From the IMG/VR virus record IMGVR_UViG_3300028800_002449: 64,000 nucleotides of DNA. One strand, written 5' to 3'. Source of the stretch: a virus. Below are positions 34,693 to 43,574 of the stretch, one piece after another. Positions within the stretch are counted from its first letter, which is position 1, and each line of letters starts with the position of its first letter. A program made the translations under genes and the position numbers. The notes beneath the pieces were generated by a model. It had not been told where the DNA came from and searched no databases. It saw nothing but the letters and a program-made list of their open reading frames with translations.

Positions 34693-35952
34693 TCAGCCGC
34701 CGACGATCTGGATCGTCGGCAGCGGGAAGATGAAGCGCGTCCCGCCTTGCAGCATCCCCTTTTCGCGGTCGAGGAACTCCGCCTTGAAGTGCCAGGGGAG
34801 AACGAGGTAGTAGTCCGGCGCGGCTTTCCGCGACTCGTCTTCGCTCACGATGGGGATGTTCGAGCCAGGCGTGCGCGTGCCCCACTTGTCCGGGTTGCGA
34901 TCGGCGGCGCAGCTCACGAGGGACGAGTCGATGCCGCACCACTGCAAGATCGTGTTGCCCTTCGTCGAAGCTCCGTAGGCGTGGATGGTCTTGCCCTCAC
35001 CCTTCAACTTCTTCAAGAGGCGAAGGAGATCCTTGCCGTGCAGATCGGCGCGCTTCTGGAAGTCATGGTACGGCTCGTCCATCTCCAGCTTCAGCTCGAA
35101 CTCCTGCTGACGCATGTCGATGACGGCCTGGCTGGCCATCCTCTCGCGACTGTTCTCGCGAGCAGCGAACACGCGGATCGAACCTCCGTTGATGTCGTTC
35201 TCGGAGACGTCGAAGACCTTCATGCCCGCACCAGCCATGATCCGTTCGATGGCAGCCAGCGAGTAGTATTCGAGGTGCTCGTGGCAGATCGTGTCGTACG
35301 AGTTCTGACGAAGCATCGCCGGCAGGTACGACATCTCGAAGACGAAGACGCCACGGGTCGTAAGCCAGCTGGCGACCGCATTCGCGAAGCGCACCGGGTC
35401 CTCCAAGTCGTAGAACATCGCGACGGCCGTGATGATGTCGAACCCGTCGCCCGTGCTTTTGAACTTGACGTCGGCGGCTGCCGAGGGGAAGAAGTCGTTC
35501 ACGATGTTCGGGTTCTGCTGCTCTCCGGTGATGTTCGAAGGGTCGATGCCCCAAACACGATCCTTCTTCAGCCCCTTGGCGACGAAGTCGCTCATGAGCG
35601 TGCCGTCGTTGCAGCCGATGTCGAGGACGGTGTCCGGAGAGACGATCTTCGAGACCGCGTCGTCGCAGAGGCCGGACAGGTGGTCCCTCATCGTCTTGTT
35701 CGTGCCCGATCGGTACCAGTACGTGCGGTACATGATCTCCGGAGGGACCGTGTACGCCGCCTGAAGGAGGCCGCACGCGTTCTCGTCCTCCATCGGGTTG
35801 CAGCGCACGAGGCTCATCGAGAGCTTTCTCTGAGCCGACAGCTCGCCGCTCCGGCTGAACGATCCTTGGAGGTGCTGCTCGCCAAGGTCGATCACCGTGT
35901 GGAGCGACGACGATTTGCAGACTCGGCAGGTCTTCCTCTTGACGACGTGCAT
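34693..35952 (-). CDS. Sugar C-methyltransferase paralog (TylC3-like)
   Basis: CRVCKSSS...C zinc-ribbon, VLDIGCNDGT motif I, similar C-terminal domain to 30063..31325. Confidence 0.65.
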   Translation of the reverse strand: MHVVKRKTCRVCKSSSLHTVIDLGEQHLQGSFSRSGELSAQRKLSMSLVRCNPMEDENACGLLQAAYTVPPEIMYRTYWYRSGTNKTMRDHLSGLCDDAVSKIVSPDTVLDIGCNDGTLMSDFVAKGLKKDRVWGIDPSNITGEQQNPNIVNDFFPSAAADVKFKSTGDGFDIITAVAMFYDLEDPVRFANAVASWLTTRGVFVFEMSYLPAMLRQNSYDTICHEHLEYYSLAAIERIMAGAGMKVFDVSENDINGGSIRVFAARENSRERMASQAVIDMRQQEFELKLEMDEPYHDFQKRADLHGKDLLRLLKKLKGEGKTIHAYGASTKGNTILQWCGIDSSLVSCAADRNPDKWGTRTPGSNIPIVSEDESRKAAPDYYLVLPWHFKAEFLDREKGMLQGGTRFIFPLPTIQIVGG

Positions 35953-35962
35953 TCCGAACCTC

Positions 35963-36700
35963 CTAGAAGCTCTCTATGAGCGGCAGATCCCACGGACCCT
36001 TCGACGTATCGACTTGCGATCCCCACTTGGACTTCAAGAGATCCAAGCGTTCGATCCTCGCCCAGTCGGCGCACTTGTCCTGCACCGAATACATGGTGTG
36101 CTCGACTTCAACCGAGAGCCGGCGAGGCTTGAACCCCGCAGCTTTCACCCTCATGGCCCAGTCCCACATCATGCCGATGCCCCCGGGCCCGTACGCAGCA
36201 TCGAGGACGCCTGCGGCCTCGATGCATGCACTGCTGATGAGGAACAACCAGCCCATCCCGATGTCCGAGATCTTCTCGACGGATGGAACGACGTAGCCCA
36301 TCCCGGGCGAGAGCGTGAGGGCATCTACGCCCGCTTGGAGGAAGTTCGGCGGCAACGGGTTTTCCCCACCCATGAGAACGACGAAATCGCCGCCGTGATC
36401 GTGCAGGCCCATGTTCCAGACGCGGCAGAGACCCTGGAGCGTCGGCGAGAACTGGAACGAGAACCTGACGTCTTCGTTCCTCTGCGCGTACTCCCACATC
36501 TCCGGCAGCGGGCAGTCGATGATCACCAGGCACGAGAAGTCTCCATACGTTTGAGCCTTCAAGGAGTCGAGGCAGTCCTTCCAGCGCGGCTCCTGCGTCA
36601 TCGCGACGACGATCGAGACCTTCGCCTCCGGCCTCACGCGGCTCCACAGGGGATGGTCACCCCATCCTTCCTCCGCCCATTCTTCCTTGCGTCTCATCAC
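35963..36700 (-). CDS. GT-A fold glycosyltransferase (GT2-like)
   Basis: VSIVVAMTQEP...LDSLKAQTYGDFSCLVIIDC. Confidence 0.55.
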   Translation of the reverse strand: MMRRKEEWAEEGWGDHPLWSRVRPEAKVSIVVAMTQEPRWKDCLDSLKAQTYGDFSCLVIIDCPLPEMWEYAQRNEDVRFSFQFSPTLQGLCRVWNMGLHDHGGDFVVLMGGENPLPPNFLQAGVDALTLSPGMGYVVPSVEKISDIGMGWLFLISSACIEAAGVLDAAYGPGGIGMMWDWAMRVKAAGFKPRRLSVEVEHTMYSVQDKCADWARIERLDLLKSKWGSQVDTSKGPWDLPLIESF

Positions 36701-37761
36701 GTCTCGTACGGAGGATCGTAGATGTCAGAGCCCGGGTTGAGGTCGTGTCGCCAGTAGGCGACGTCCGAGATCTCCTGCGGGATCTTCTCCGTCTCCGCGA
36801 ACCTCCACGGTCCGAGAGCCGTCGCAAGCCTGTTCAGGTCGTACGGGTTGCCTGCGCGCACCCTCATCGGAATCGTGTTCTTGACGATGTGGTAGTAGTC
36901 GCGACCGTCCTGATACGTCCAACGTCCGGGGATCTTCTCCGCGTAGCTGCCGTAGGGCAGCGTGCGCATGATGAAGCGAGGGTTCATGAGGACCGCCTTC
37001 GGCTCCTCGATGAAGAACGTCTCCCCGCCGGCCATGGCGACGCGCACGCCGAGGTTCGCGTCGAAGGGCCCACGACCCATGTCGAAGCGCTCGTCGATGC
37101 CGTTCAGCTCGTACATGAACTCGCGGTGGAAGCTGTCGTTCGTCAGCGTGATCCAGCCATGCTCCGGCTTCTGGTTCGTCCGATGAAGCTCGGGAAGACC
37201 CGTCTGCCATTGGTTGGGGCCGATCGGCAACGGCAGCCAGGACGCGTCGAACCTGCCTCGCTTGAAGATGCAGATCTCGTCGAGGCTGCCGTCTGTGAAG
37301 ACGTCGTCGACCTCCGTCGAGGTCCTGTCCGTCGCGAGGTTGTTATGGAGGGGCTTCTTCGAGACCACCTCGGGCAGGTCTACGTTCACGTGATCGACCG
37401 TCACGTACCTCCGCGGGTTCCCTTCCAGGGCCGCGACGTGCGTCTCGATCCAGCCTGGCGGCACGTAGCTGAAGTCGTGCAGGATGATCACGTACTTGCC
37501 CCGCGCGAGCGCGATGGCCGTGTTGAAGGCCGCGCAGGCCACGATCCACTTGCCGTTTCTGCGATGCTCGGGCGCGTGGATGGTCGTCACGCCGTACTCG
37601 GCCGCCAACGCGGCCACCTCTGACTTGCGGCGTTCGTAGCGGTTGTCGACGACGATCAGCTCGAAGTCCTTGAACGTCTGATCGCGCATCGCCGCCATGG
37701 TGATGTCCACGCCACCAGGGCGGTACATCATGACGAGCACTGAAACGAGGGGGTTGGACAT
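36697..37761 (-). CDS. GT2-family glycosyltransferase
   Basis: VSVLVMMYR...DQTFKDFELIVVDN. Confidence 0.65.
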   Translation of the reverse strand: MSNPLVSVLVMMYRPGGVDITMAAMRDQTFKDFELIVVDNRYERRKSEVAALAAEYGVTTIHAPEHRRNGKWIVACAAFNTAIALARGKYVIILHDFSYVPPGWIETHVAALEGNPRRYVTVDHVNVDLPEVVSKKPLHNNLATDRTSTEVDDVFTDGSLDEICIFKRGRFDASWLPLPIGPNQWQTGLPELHRTNQKPEHGWITLTNDSFHREFMYELNGIDERFDMGRGPFDANLGVRVAMAGGETFFIEEPKAVLMNPRFIMRTLPYGSYAEKIPGRWTYQDGRDYYHIVKNTIPMRVRAGNPYDLNRLATALGPWRFAETEKIPQEISDVAYWRHDLNPGSDIYDPPYET

Positions 37762-37772
37762 GATCTCTCCTA

Positions 37773-40379
37773 TCAGATGTCGCCGGCCAGCGGCATCCGC
37801 TTGTCAGACTGTCGTGATAGCTCTGCTTCGAAGGCCGTCATCCACTCTCTGGCGACGCTGTCCCAGCCGCACTTGTCGAGGGCATACTCTCGTCCGGCGT
37901 CGGCGTACTTGCCTCGCTCGACGTCGTCCTTGAGCAGCAAGACGACCTGCTTCACGAACTCCCTGAAGTAGGCGCCCGTCGTCGTCGGCGGCTGGAGCAG
38001 CAGACCGTGCTTCACCGTCTCCGTGAGAGCAGCAAGATAGGTGCTCACCGGAACGCATCCAGCGGCCTGGGCTTCAATCGCCGTGATGCAGTGGGTTTCA
38101 GTGAACATCGTCGGGTAGGTCCACACCTTCGATTCGAGGAAGGCATCGGCCAGCACCTTCTGACCGACGCGACCGTGGTACTTGACCAGTCCCTCGGCGA
38201 CCCTCTGGTCGAGGACGGTCTGGATGTCGAGAGCCCTCTGCTTGAAGACGAGGTCGCCGCTCGACTCCGCCATCGAGAGCCACGTCGTGAACCCGTAGTA
38301 GATGTTCAGCTCGACGTCGGGGACCTGCTCCTTGATGGCAGGGAGCATCTCAAGCAGCTTCTCCAGGCCTCGGTCTGGCGAAGACGAGTAGATGATCTTG
38401 TTGCCGCGCTTGACGTTCTGTCCCTTGAACCTCGACACGTCGATCCCGTTCCTCGTCACGACGATCGTCGACGGATGGAGCTGCGGATAGCAGGCGAGGA
38501 AGAAGTTCTTGTGCCATCCCGACAGGCAGAAGATCTTGTCGTAGCGCATGAGCGCGTTGTTGAGGTTCGCCGAGGTCGCTCCGACGTTGACGTCGTGGAC
38601 CCACAGGAAGCTCACCTTCGCCGGCCAGTTCAGAAGGGACGCCTCTGCCTGTCGTGAGACGACGAGGACGTCGCACTCGAACTCCGAAACCTTCTGCGTG
38701 GCGACGTGGTACGGCACGTACCTCACGCCGTCGAAGATCTCCTCCCGAGGGCAGTCCGAAACGACGGTCACCTGGTTGCCGGCTCGGACCAGCTCGCGCG
38801 CCATGCAGACGGCGGCAGTCTCCGACCCACCGATGCCCCCGTCGTCGATCGAGCGCGGCGTCCACTTCTCCCAGGCGAGGCCGGTCCAGATGACGATCTT
38901 GAGACGGTTGCCGACCGCCTGGAACAGCGGCTCCGCGTTGCCCGCGGCGATCTGCTCCTTCGTGATCGCCCTAGCCTCGTCGATCTTGACGTCGTTCATC
39001 GAGCCCTTCGGCAGACCGTCGAGGAAAGTCAACGCGTCTTCGTAGTGCCCGAGCTGCATGTACTGCTTCCAGAAGTGGATCGCGAACGACGTCATCACGT
39101 CGATCGGAAGGGCCACAGGCGGGGACCTCAAATCCTCGTCCCGCGAGAACGTCACGGCCAGCTCGCTCGGCGGCTCCACCTTCGGTGCCAACGCCTTTTC
39201 AGCCACTTCCTTGTTCCCCTTCAGGTGCGGGTCATCGGCGTTCCACTTGAGCCCCTCGACGCAAGCGTCGAGAGCTTCCTTGTGGCGACGAAGCTCGATG
39301 AGGGCTGCCGAATAATAGACGTACGGTCGGTAGTAGCGATCGAGAGGGTCGTGCATGAGCATCGACTTCTGCTTCTCGGACTTCGCCCTGACTTCGAGAC
39401 CCTTCTCCGACCACTCGGCGCACTTGCCGTAGTCGCGCTTGAAGTAGGCGACGCGGGCAGCGCCGAAGTAGCCCTCCGGCCGAAAGTCGCTCTCGACGAC
39501 GGCCTGCGCATACTCGGAGAAGGCGAGGTCGTACTTGCCCTGACCCTCGAACATCAGCCCGACCGTGACGTGTGCCACCGAGCGCTCCTCGTCCCACCCG
39601 GAGCGCGTGCAATACTTCTGGTAGGCGGCGATGGACTTCTCGGGCCAGACGAACCTCGTCTCCATTCCGAGGTAGAAAAGCATCCTGGCGTCGACGGTGT
39701 CCCAGTCCTTGTCCTTGAAGTAGTGCAGCAGCACCTTCATGTTGCGAGCCGAGATCTCCGGCTTGATCTTGTACTCGCTCCGCTGGTGCTTGACGGAGAC
39801 CTGCTCGTAGAATCGCGCCGATCCGATCGGGCCGACCACCTCGTGGATCGGCTGGAGCCAGCTGCCGACGCCGCGTCGAAGGATGCGCTCGCGCGTGAGC
39901 CTGCACGTGACCTTGCCCGCGTGGTCGTGCTCGTAGTCGTAGTTCAGGAGCGCCGTGTCGACGGCGTCCTTCTTCATGTCGTCGAGGACGTCCTGGATCG
40001 ACTCGCCGCCGACGAGGAGGTCATCCGAGTCGATCCACATGACGTAGTCGCTCGTGACCTCCTTCCAGCCGTGTTGCCTCGCGCCTCCGAAGTCGGCCAG
40101 CATCCACTTCCCTGAAAAGGGGGGCGGCATCTCGACGTCCGTCCAAGACTCCTTCACGTCGAGGATGAAGGCGTCTGGATGGGTGTCCTTGTTGAAGTCG
40201 AGGATCCTGGCCTTCGGGCAGATCTCGCGGATGCGGTCCTTCGTCGCGTCGGTCGAGCCGGTGTCGACGACGATCACCTCGTCGAAGAACGGCGCGGCGG
40301 ACTCAAGGCACCTGCCGATGTACCTCTCGACGTTCCTCACGATCATCGCGAGCGCGATGGAAGTTCTGGTCGTCGGCAC
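37773..40379 (-). CDS. Multidomain glycosyltransferase (N-terminal GT2, TPR-like middle, C-terminal GT4), 868 aa
   Basis: IALAMIVRNVERYIGRCLES...VIVVDTGSTD...WIDSDD at the N-terminus. C-terminal ETHCITAIEAQAAGCVPV is GT4-like. GTG start. Confidence 0.7.
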   Translation of the reverse strand: MPTTRTSIALAMIVRNVERYIGRCLESAAPFFDEVIVVDTGSTDATKDRIREICPKARILDFNKDTHPDAFILDVKESWTDVEMPPPFSGKWMLADFGGARQHGWKEVTSDYVMWIDSDDLLVGGESIQDVLDDMKKDAVDTALLNYDYEHDHAGKVTCRLTRERILRRGVGSWLQPIHEVVGPIGSARFYEQVSVKHQRSEYKIKPEISARNMKVLLHYFKDKDWDTVDARMLFYLGMETRFVWPEKSIAAYQKYCTRSGWDEERSVAHVTVGLMFEGQGKYDLAFSEYAQAVVESDFRPEGYFGAARVAYFKRDYGKCAEWSEKGLEVRAKSEKQKSMLMHDPLDRYYRPYVYYSAALIELRRHKEALDACVEGLKWNADDPHLKGNKEVAEKALAPKVEPPSELAVTFSRDEDLRSPPVALPIDVMTSFAIHFWKQYMQLGHYEDALTFLDGLPKGSMNDVKIDEARAITKEQIAAGNAEPLFQAVGNRLKIVIWTGLAWEKWTPRSIDDGGIGGSETAAVCMARELVRAGNQVTVVSDCPREEIFDGVRYVPYHVATQKVSEFECDVLVVSRQAEASLLNWPAKVSFLWVHDVNVGATSANLNNALMRYDKIFCLSGWHKNFFLACYPQLHPSTIVVTRNGIDVSRFKGQNVKRGNKIIYSSSPDRGLEKLLEMLPAIKEQVPDVELNIYYGFTTWLSMAESSGDLVFKQRALDIQTVLDQRVAEGLVKYHGRVGQKVLADAFLESKVWTYPTMFTETHCITAIEAQAAGCVPVSTYLAALTETVKHGLLLQPPTTTGAYFREFVKQVVLLLKDDVERGKYADAGREYALDKCGWDSVAREWMTAFEAELSRQSDKRMPLAGDI

Positions 40380-40394
40380 GAAGACGACAGTGAC

Positions 40395-40432
40395 AGAGAT
40401 GGACTTTCAATCGCAAGATTTTGGGAGAGGGA
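40395..40432 (-). promoter_or_regulatory. Conserved element type 2 (coding strand CAAAATCTTGCGATTG...GTCGTCTTC) immediately upstream of the large GT gene
   Basis: One of three near-identical roughly 36-nt elements (40395, 41765, 43405). Plus strand reads TTTCAATCGCAAGATTTTGGGAG. Confidence 0.5.
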
Positions 40433-40441
40433 GCGCGTCGC

Positions 40442-40696
40442 CTATTCCTGCGAGTCGTCGATCGGAGCGACCTTCTTTTCGCCGTGCGACACCAGCTTCA
40501 AAAGCTGGACGATGGGCAGACCTGCGTGCTTCTCACACACGTGGAAGGGCGTCTTTCCGAACATGATCGAGATCAAGATCCCATCGATCCCGATCGCCGG
40601 CTCGCTGCAAACGTGCCGTCCGAAGAGCTTCCGCCCAGCCTCGTCCGGGACGTCGCAGACGGTCTTCAAGATGATCATGTTCTTCGCACGCCCCAT
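40442..40696 (-). CDS. Hypothetical protein, 84 aa
   Basis: ORF. Confidence 0.35.
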   Translation of the reverse strand: MGRAKNMIILKTVCDVPDEAGRKLFGRHVCSEPAIGIDGILISIMFGKTPFHVCEKHAGLPIVQLLKLVSHGEKKVAPIDDSQE

Positions 40697-40708
40697 CCCA
40701 GGGCGCCG

Positions 40709-41749
40709 TCAGAACGCGGAGAGCTTGCCGGTCTTGCGATGGGCCACGGTGACCTCGCTCGCCTGACGCTGCTTCTCCCACCAGGCGCGATTCTCCTGGT
40801 ACCAGCGGATCGTCCGCGGCAGGCCCCCGAACAGCGTCGTCTTCGGCTTCCATCCGAGCAGCTCCCACGACTTGGTCGTCGACGAGATGTGCCTGTCGAC
40901 CTGTCCGGGGCGAGCCTCGACGTGCTCGATGAGGTGACGAGGCTTCCCGAGGAAGTCGACGACGGCCTCGGCGATGTCGTTGATCGAGGTGTCGGTGCCC
41001 GTGCCGAGGTTGATCGTCTGGCCGCAGAGGCGCTTGTCGCCGACGACCCCTCCGTTGAGGGCCGAGAGGACGGCGTCGCAGGTGTCCTCGACGTAGACCC
41101 AGTCGCGCGTCATGAGACCGTTCCCGTGGACGCGCAGCGGCTCGTCGCAGATGGCCTGCGTGATGAACCGAGGAACGACCTTCTCCAGGTGCTGCTTCGG
41201 ACCGTAGTTGTTGAACGGCCGGATGAGCACGAGCGGGATGTCGTGGCAGATCCTGTAGGCGTAGACGAGCCTGTCGGCGCCGGCCTTCGCCGCCGCGTAC
41301 GGCGTGCAGGGGTTGAGCGGATGGTCCTCTGTCATAGGCGCCGACTCGGCCGTCCCGTAGACCTCCGACGTCGAGATGTGGACGAACTTCTCGATCCGGG
41401 ACCGGTTCTTGGCGACGGCGTTCGCGATCGTGTGCGTGCCCATGACGTCGGTCTCGAAGAAGACCGTGTCGTCGGCGATCGAGCGCGTCACGTGAGACTC
41501 CGCCGCGAAGTGGACGACTGCGTCGACCTTCGAGACGAGCGCGTTCACGACCTCCGGATCGCGGATGTTCCCTCTGACGAGGGAGAACCTCTTCGACTTC
41601 GCGATGCGCTCCGGGATGTTCTCCGGGTTCGACGCGTACGTGAAGACGTCGAGCACCACGATCTCGTCATCCGGGTGTCGATCGAAGACCTTCTCGACGA
41701 AGTTGCTGCCGATGAAGCCGGCACCGCCCGTGACCAGGATCTTCCTCAT
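40709..41749 (-). CDS. rmlB: dTDP-glucose 4,6-dehydratase (RmlB-type SDR)
   Basis: ILVTGGAGFIGSNF, HFAAESHVTRS, YAAAKAGAD (YxxxK). Confidence 0.85.
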   Translation of the reverse strand: MRKILVTGGAGFIGSNFVEKVFDRHPDDEIVVLDVFTYASNPENIPERIAKSKRFSLVRGNIRDPEVVNALVSKVDAVVHFAAESHVTRSIADDTVFFETDVMGTHTIANAVAKNRSRIEKFVHISTSEVYGTAESAPMTEDHPLNPCTPYAAAKAGADRLVYAYRICHDIPLVLIRPFNNYGPKQHLEKVVPRFITQAICDEPLRVHGNGLMTRDWVYVEDTCDAVLSALNGGVVGDKRLCGQTINLGTGTDTSINDIAEAVVDFLGKPRHLIEHVEARPGQVDRHISSTTKSWELLGWKPKTTLFGGLPRTIRWYQENRAWWEKQRQASEVTVAHRKTGKLSAF

Positions 41750-41764
41750 GGAAGACGAGGATGA

Positions 41765-41800
41765 CGAGATTGAGATCCAATCACAAGATTTTGAAAGCCT
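41765..41800 (-). promoter_or_regulatory. Conserved element type 2 (CAAAATCTTGTGATTGGATCTCAATCTCGTCATCCT) ending 8 nt before the rmlB ATG
   Basis: Near-identical to the element at 43405. Contains a TTGTGA -35-like box, a CATCCT -10-like box 17 nt downstream, and a GATTG-N5-CAATC inverted repeat. Confidence 0.5.
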
Positions 41801-42209
41801 AGGGCGCGCCGCCCGTCGCCCAGGCCTCGTCGTCCGGAACGTTCAGAAGCTCCGGCGTCTGGTGCCAGAGGGAAGGATGCGCATGAGTCCCATCGACGGC
41901 GTCGCCGTCGTTGAGCACGTTGATCGACGGTGAGACCATCCAGTTGCTCGTGCCGGGAGCATGCTCGAAGGTGCTCGCCTGAGGCTTCGAGAGGCCCCAG
42001 GTCCGGCCTCCCGCTCCGTTTTCCGTGTAGGCGCCGCCCGGGTTGACGGGGACGCAGAAGACTTCCGGCTGACCATCGCTGTCGCGAAGGACGTTGAACC
42101 AGAGCTGCCACCATCTGGCGCTTCCCGAGCCTGAGGCTCGATGGACGGTGCATTCATTGACCGCCAGATCCTCGATGAGCGCGTGAGAACGATACGTGAG
42201 CGCGCTCAT
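41799..42209 (-). CDS. Hypothetical protein, about 136 aa
   Basis: Internal Met MSALTYRSHAL of ORF 41799..42293(-). Confidence 0.35.
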   Translation of the reverse strand: MSALTYRSHALIEDLAVNECTVHRASGSGSARWWQLWFNVLRDSDGQPEVFCVPVNPGGAYTENGAGGRTWGLSKPQASTFEHAPGTSNWMVSPSINVLNDGDAVDGTHAHPSLWHQTPELLNVPDDEAWATGGAP

Positions 42210-42787
42210 CTGGAGACCGCCCGATCGAACCAGTGCTGGAAGTGCGACGCGTCGTTGGTGTTCGCCCCATGGACGAAGTACGTGTAGAGCCAAGGCTCAC
42301 AAAGCTGCACCACGGACATCCCTCCGAGGTCGACCTCGTTCCTCGGGGTCGGCGGGAACCTTCCGGGTTTCGCCAGGAGCGAAAGTCGCTTGGCGAGCAA
42401 CGTCGGCTCCCACTGGCGAGGCTCGGAGACGACTGCGAGGCCCCGCTCCGGCCAGTGCAGGAGGACCCTCTCCAGCAGGCATGCGTCGGCCTGCGGAACG
42501 GTCGCGAGGACCTCGACCTGCCGCTTGAGACGGTCGGGATGATGGACGTCGTCGTCGTCCCAGAGGCAGACGAGATCTCCCTTCGCGACGCCGAGACCGA
42601 TGCCACGCATCTGGTTGAGGGTCGTGCCGACCTTCGCCTTGTAGAAGGGCCTCTTCAAGGCGGACACGTCGTCGAGCGTGACGATGATGAGTTCGCGGTC
42701 CTTGTAGGACTGGGCGTCGAAGGCGGCGATGGCACGCTCGGCGAGGGCCTGTCTCTTGGCCTGGGTGATCATGAGGCAGGAGATCAT
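42206..42787 (-). CDS. Small GT-A-like glycosyltransferase, 193 aa
   Basis: LIIVTLDD...LWDDDDVHHPDRL (DxD). Confidence 0.5.
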   Translation of the reverse strand: MISCLMITQAKRQALAERAIAAFDAQSYKDRELIIVTLDDVSALKRPFYKAKVGTTLNQMRGIGLGVAKGDLVCLWDDDDVHHPDRLKRQVEVLATVPQADACLLERVLLHWPERGLAVVSEPRQWEPTLLAKRLSLLAKPGRFPPTPRNEVDLGGMSVVQLCEPWLYTYFVHGANTNDASHFQHWFDRAVSR

Positions 42788-42821
42788 AGTGCCCTTGGTG
42801 CCTTTCGGTTCGACGACGCGA

Positions 42822-43424
42822 TCATGTGGTCTTCAGAACGATTTTGCTTGGGTCGATCTTACTTGGCTCGATCTTCTTCGGGAAGGCGATCTTGGTCAAG
42901 GTCGCGACCATGTCTTGGCAGGCTTCCTTGTAGTTCGTGAAGGCATACATCTGATAGTGCTCATTCCGCGAGGTCAGATCAGGCCTCGGCGTATAACCCC
43001 ATGTCGCTGTAAAGTTACATGAGTAGGAGTCGTTGTGCGGAGCGTTTACCTCACGCCACTCCACGTTCAAGTAGTAGTACCAGAACTCGGAAACGGGCGG
43101 CCACTTGTGGGTCAGATCTCCATACGCACGAGCGGCTGACCAGTGTGGAGTGATGATATTCGTCTGTCCGCCCATCTTGAGCACGCGATACAGCTCGTTC
43201 ACGAAGTGAACGCGTTCGACGCTGTCGAAGTGTTCGACGACATGGCTCGCGTTGACCGCTTCGACAGAGTCATTTTCCCAGGGCCACGTCTTCGTCAGGT
43301 CCACGACCTGATCCACGCCGGGAAACGGACGGCTGTCGACGCCGATCCAGTCGGCAGCGATCTTGTTCTTCCCGCATCCGAGGTCGAGCTTCAAGGGAGG
43401 AAGGATGACGTGATTGAAAATCAA
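42822..43424 (-). CDS. Class I SAM-dependent methyltransferase
   Basis: LDLGCGKNK motif I, SVEAVNASHVVEHF, KMGGQ. The listed TTG start lies inside the type 2 element, so the true start may be the downstream TTG (MKLDLGCG). Confidence 0.65.
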   Translation of the reverse strand: MIFNHVILPPLKLDLGCGKNKIAADWIGVDSRPFPGVDQVVDLTKTWPWENDSVEAVNASHVVEHFDSVERVHFVNELYRVLKMGGQTNIITPHWSAARAYGDLTHKWPPVSEFWYYYLNVEWREVNAPHNDSYSCNFTATWGYTPRPDLTSRNEHYQMYAFTNYKEACQDMVATLTKIAFPKKIEPSKIDPSKIVLKTT

Positions 43425-43440
43425 TCACAAGATTTTGGAA
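43405..43440 (-). promoter_or_regulatory. Conserved element type 2 (CAAAATCTTGTGATTGATTTTCAATCACGTCATCCT) at the methyltransferase start
   Basis: Third copy; TGATTGA-N3-TCAATCA inverted repeat. Confidence 0.5.
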
Positions 43441-43574
43441 GAAGGCGACAGGTCACAGGTCTAGAAGCGGTCTGCGGCCCCATCAGAAATTTTATAAACC
43501 CCACCCGAAAGTTCTGCTGTCCGAAGGACGCGTCTGGACTATCGCCTGTCGCCTTCTGCCCTTCCGCGCTCTCT

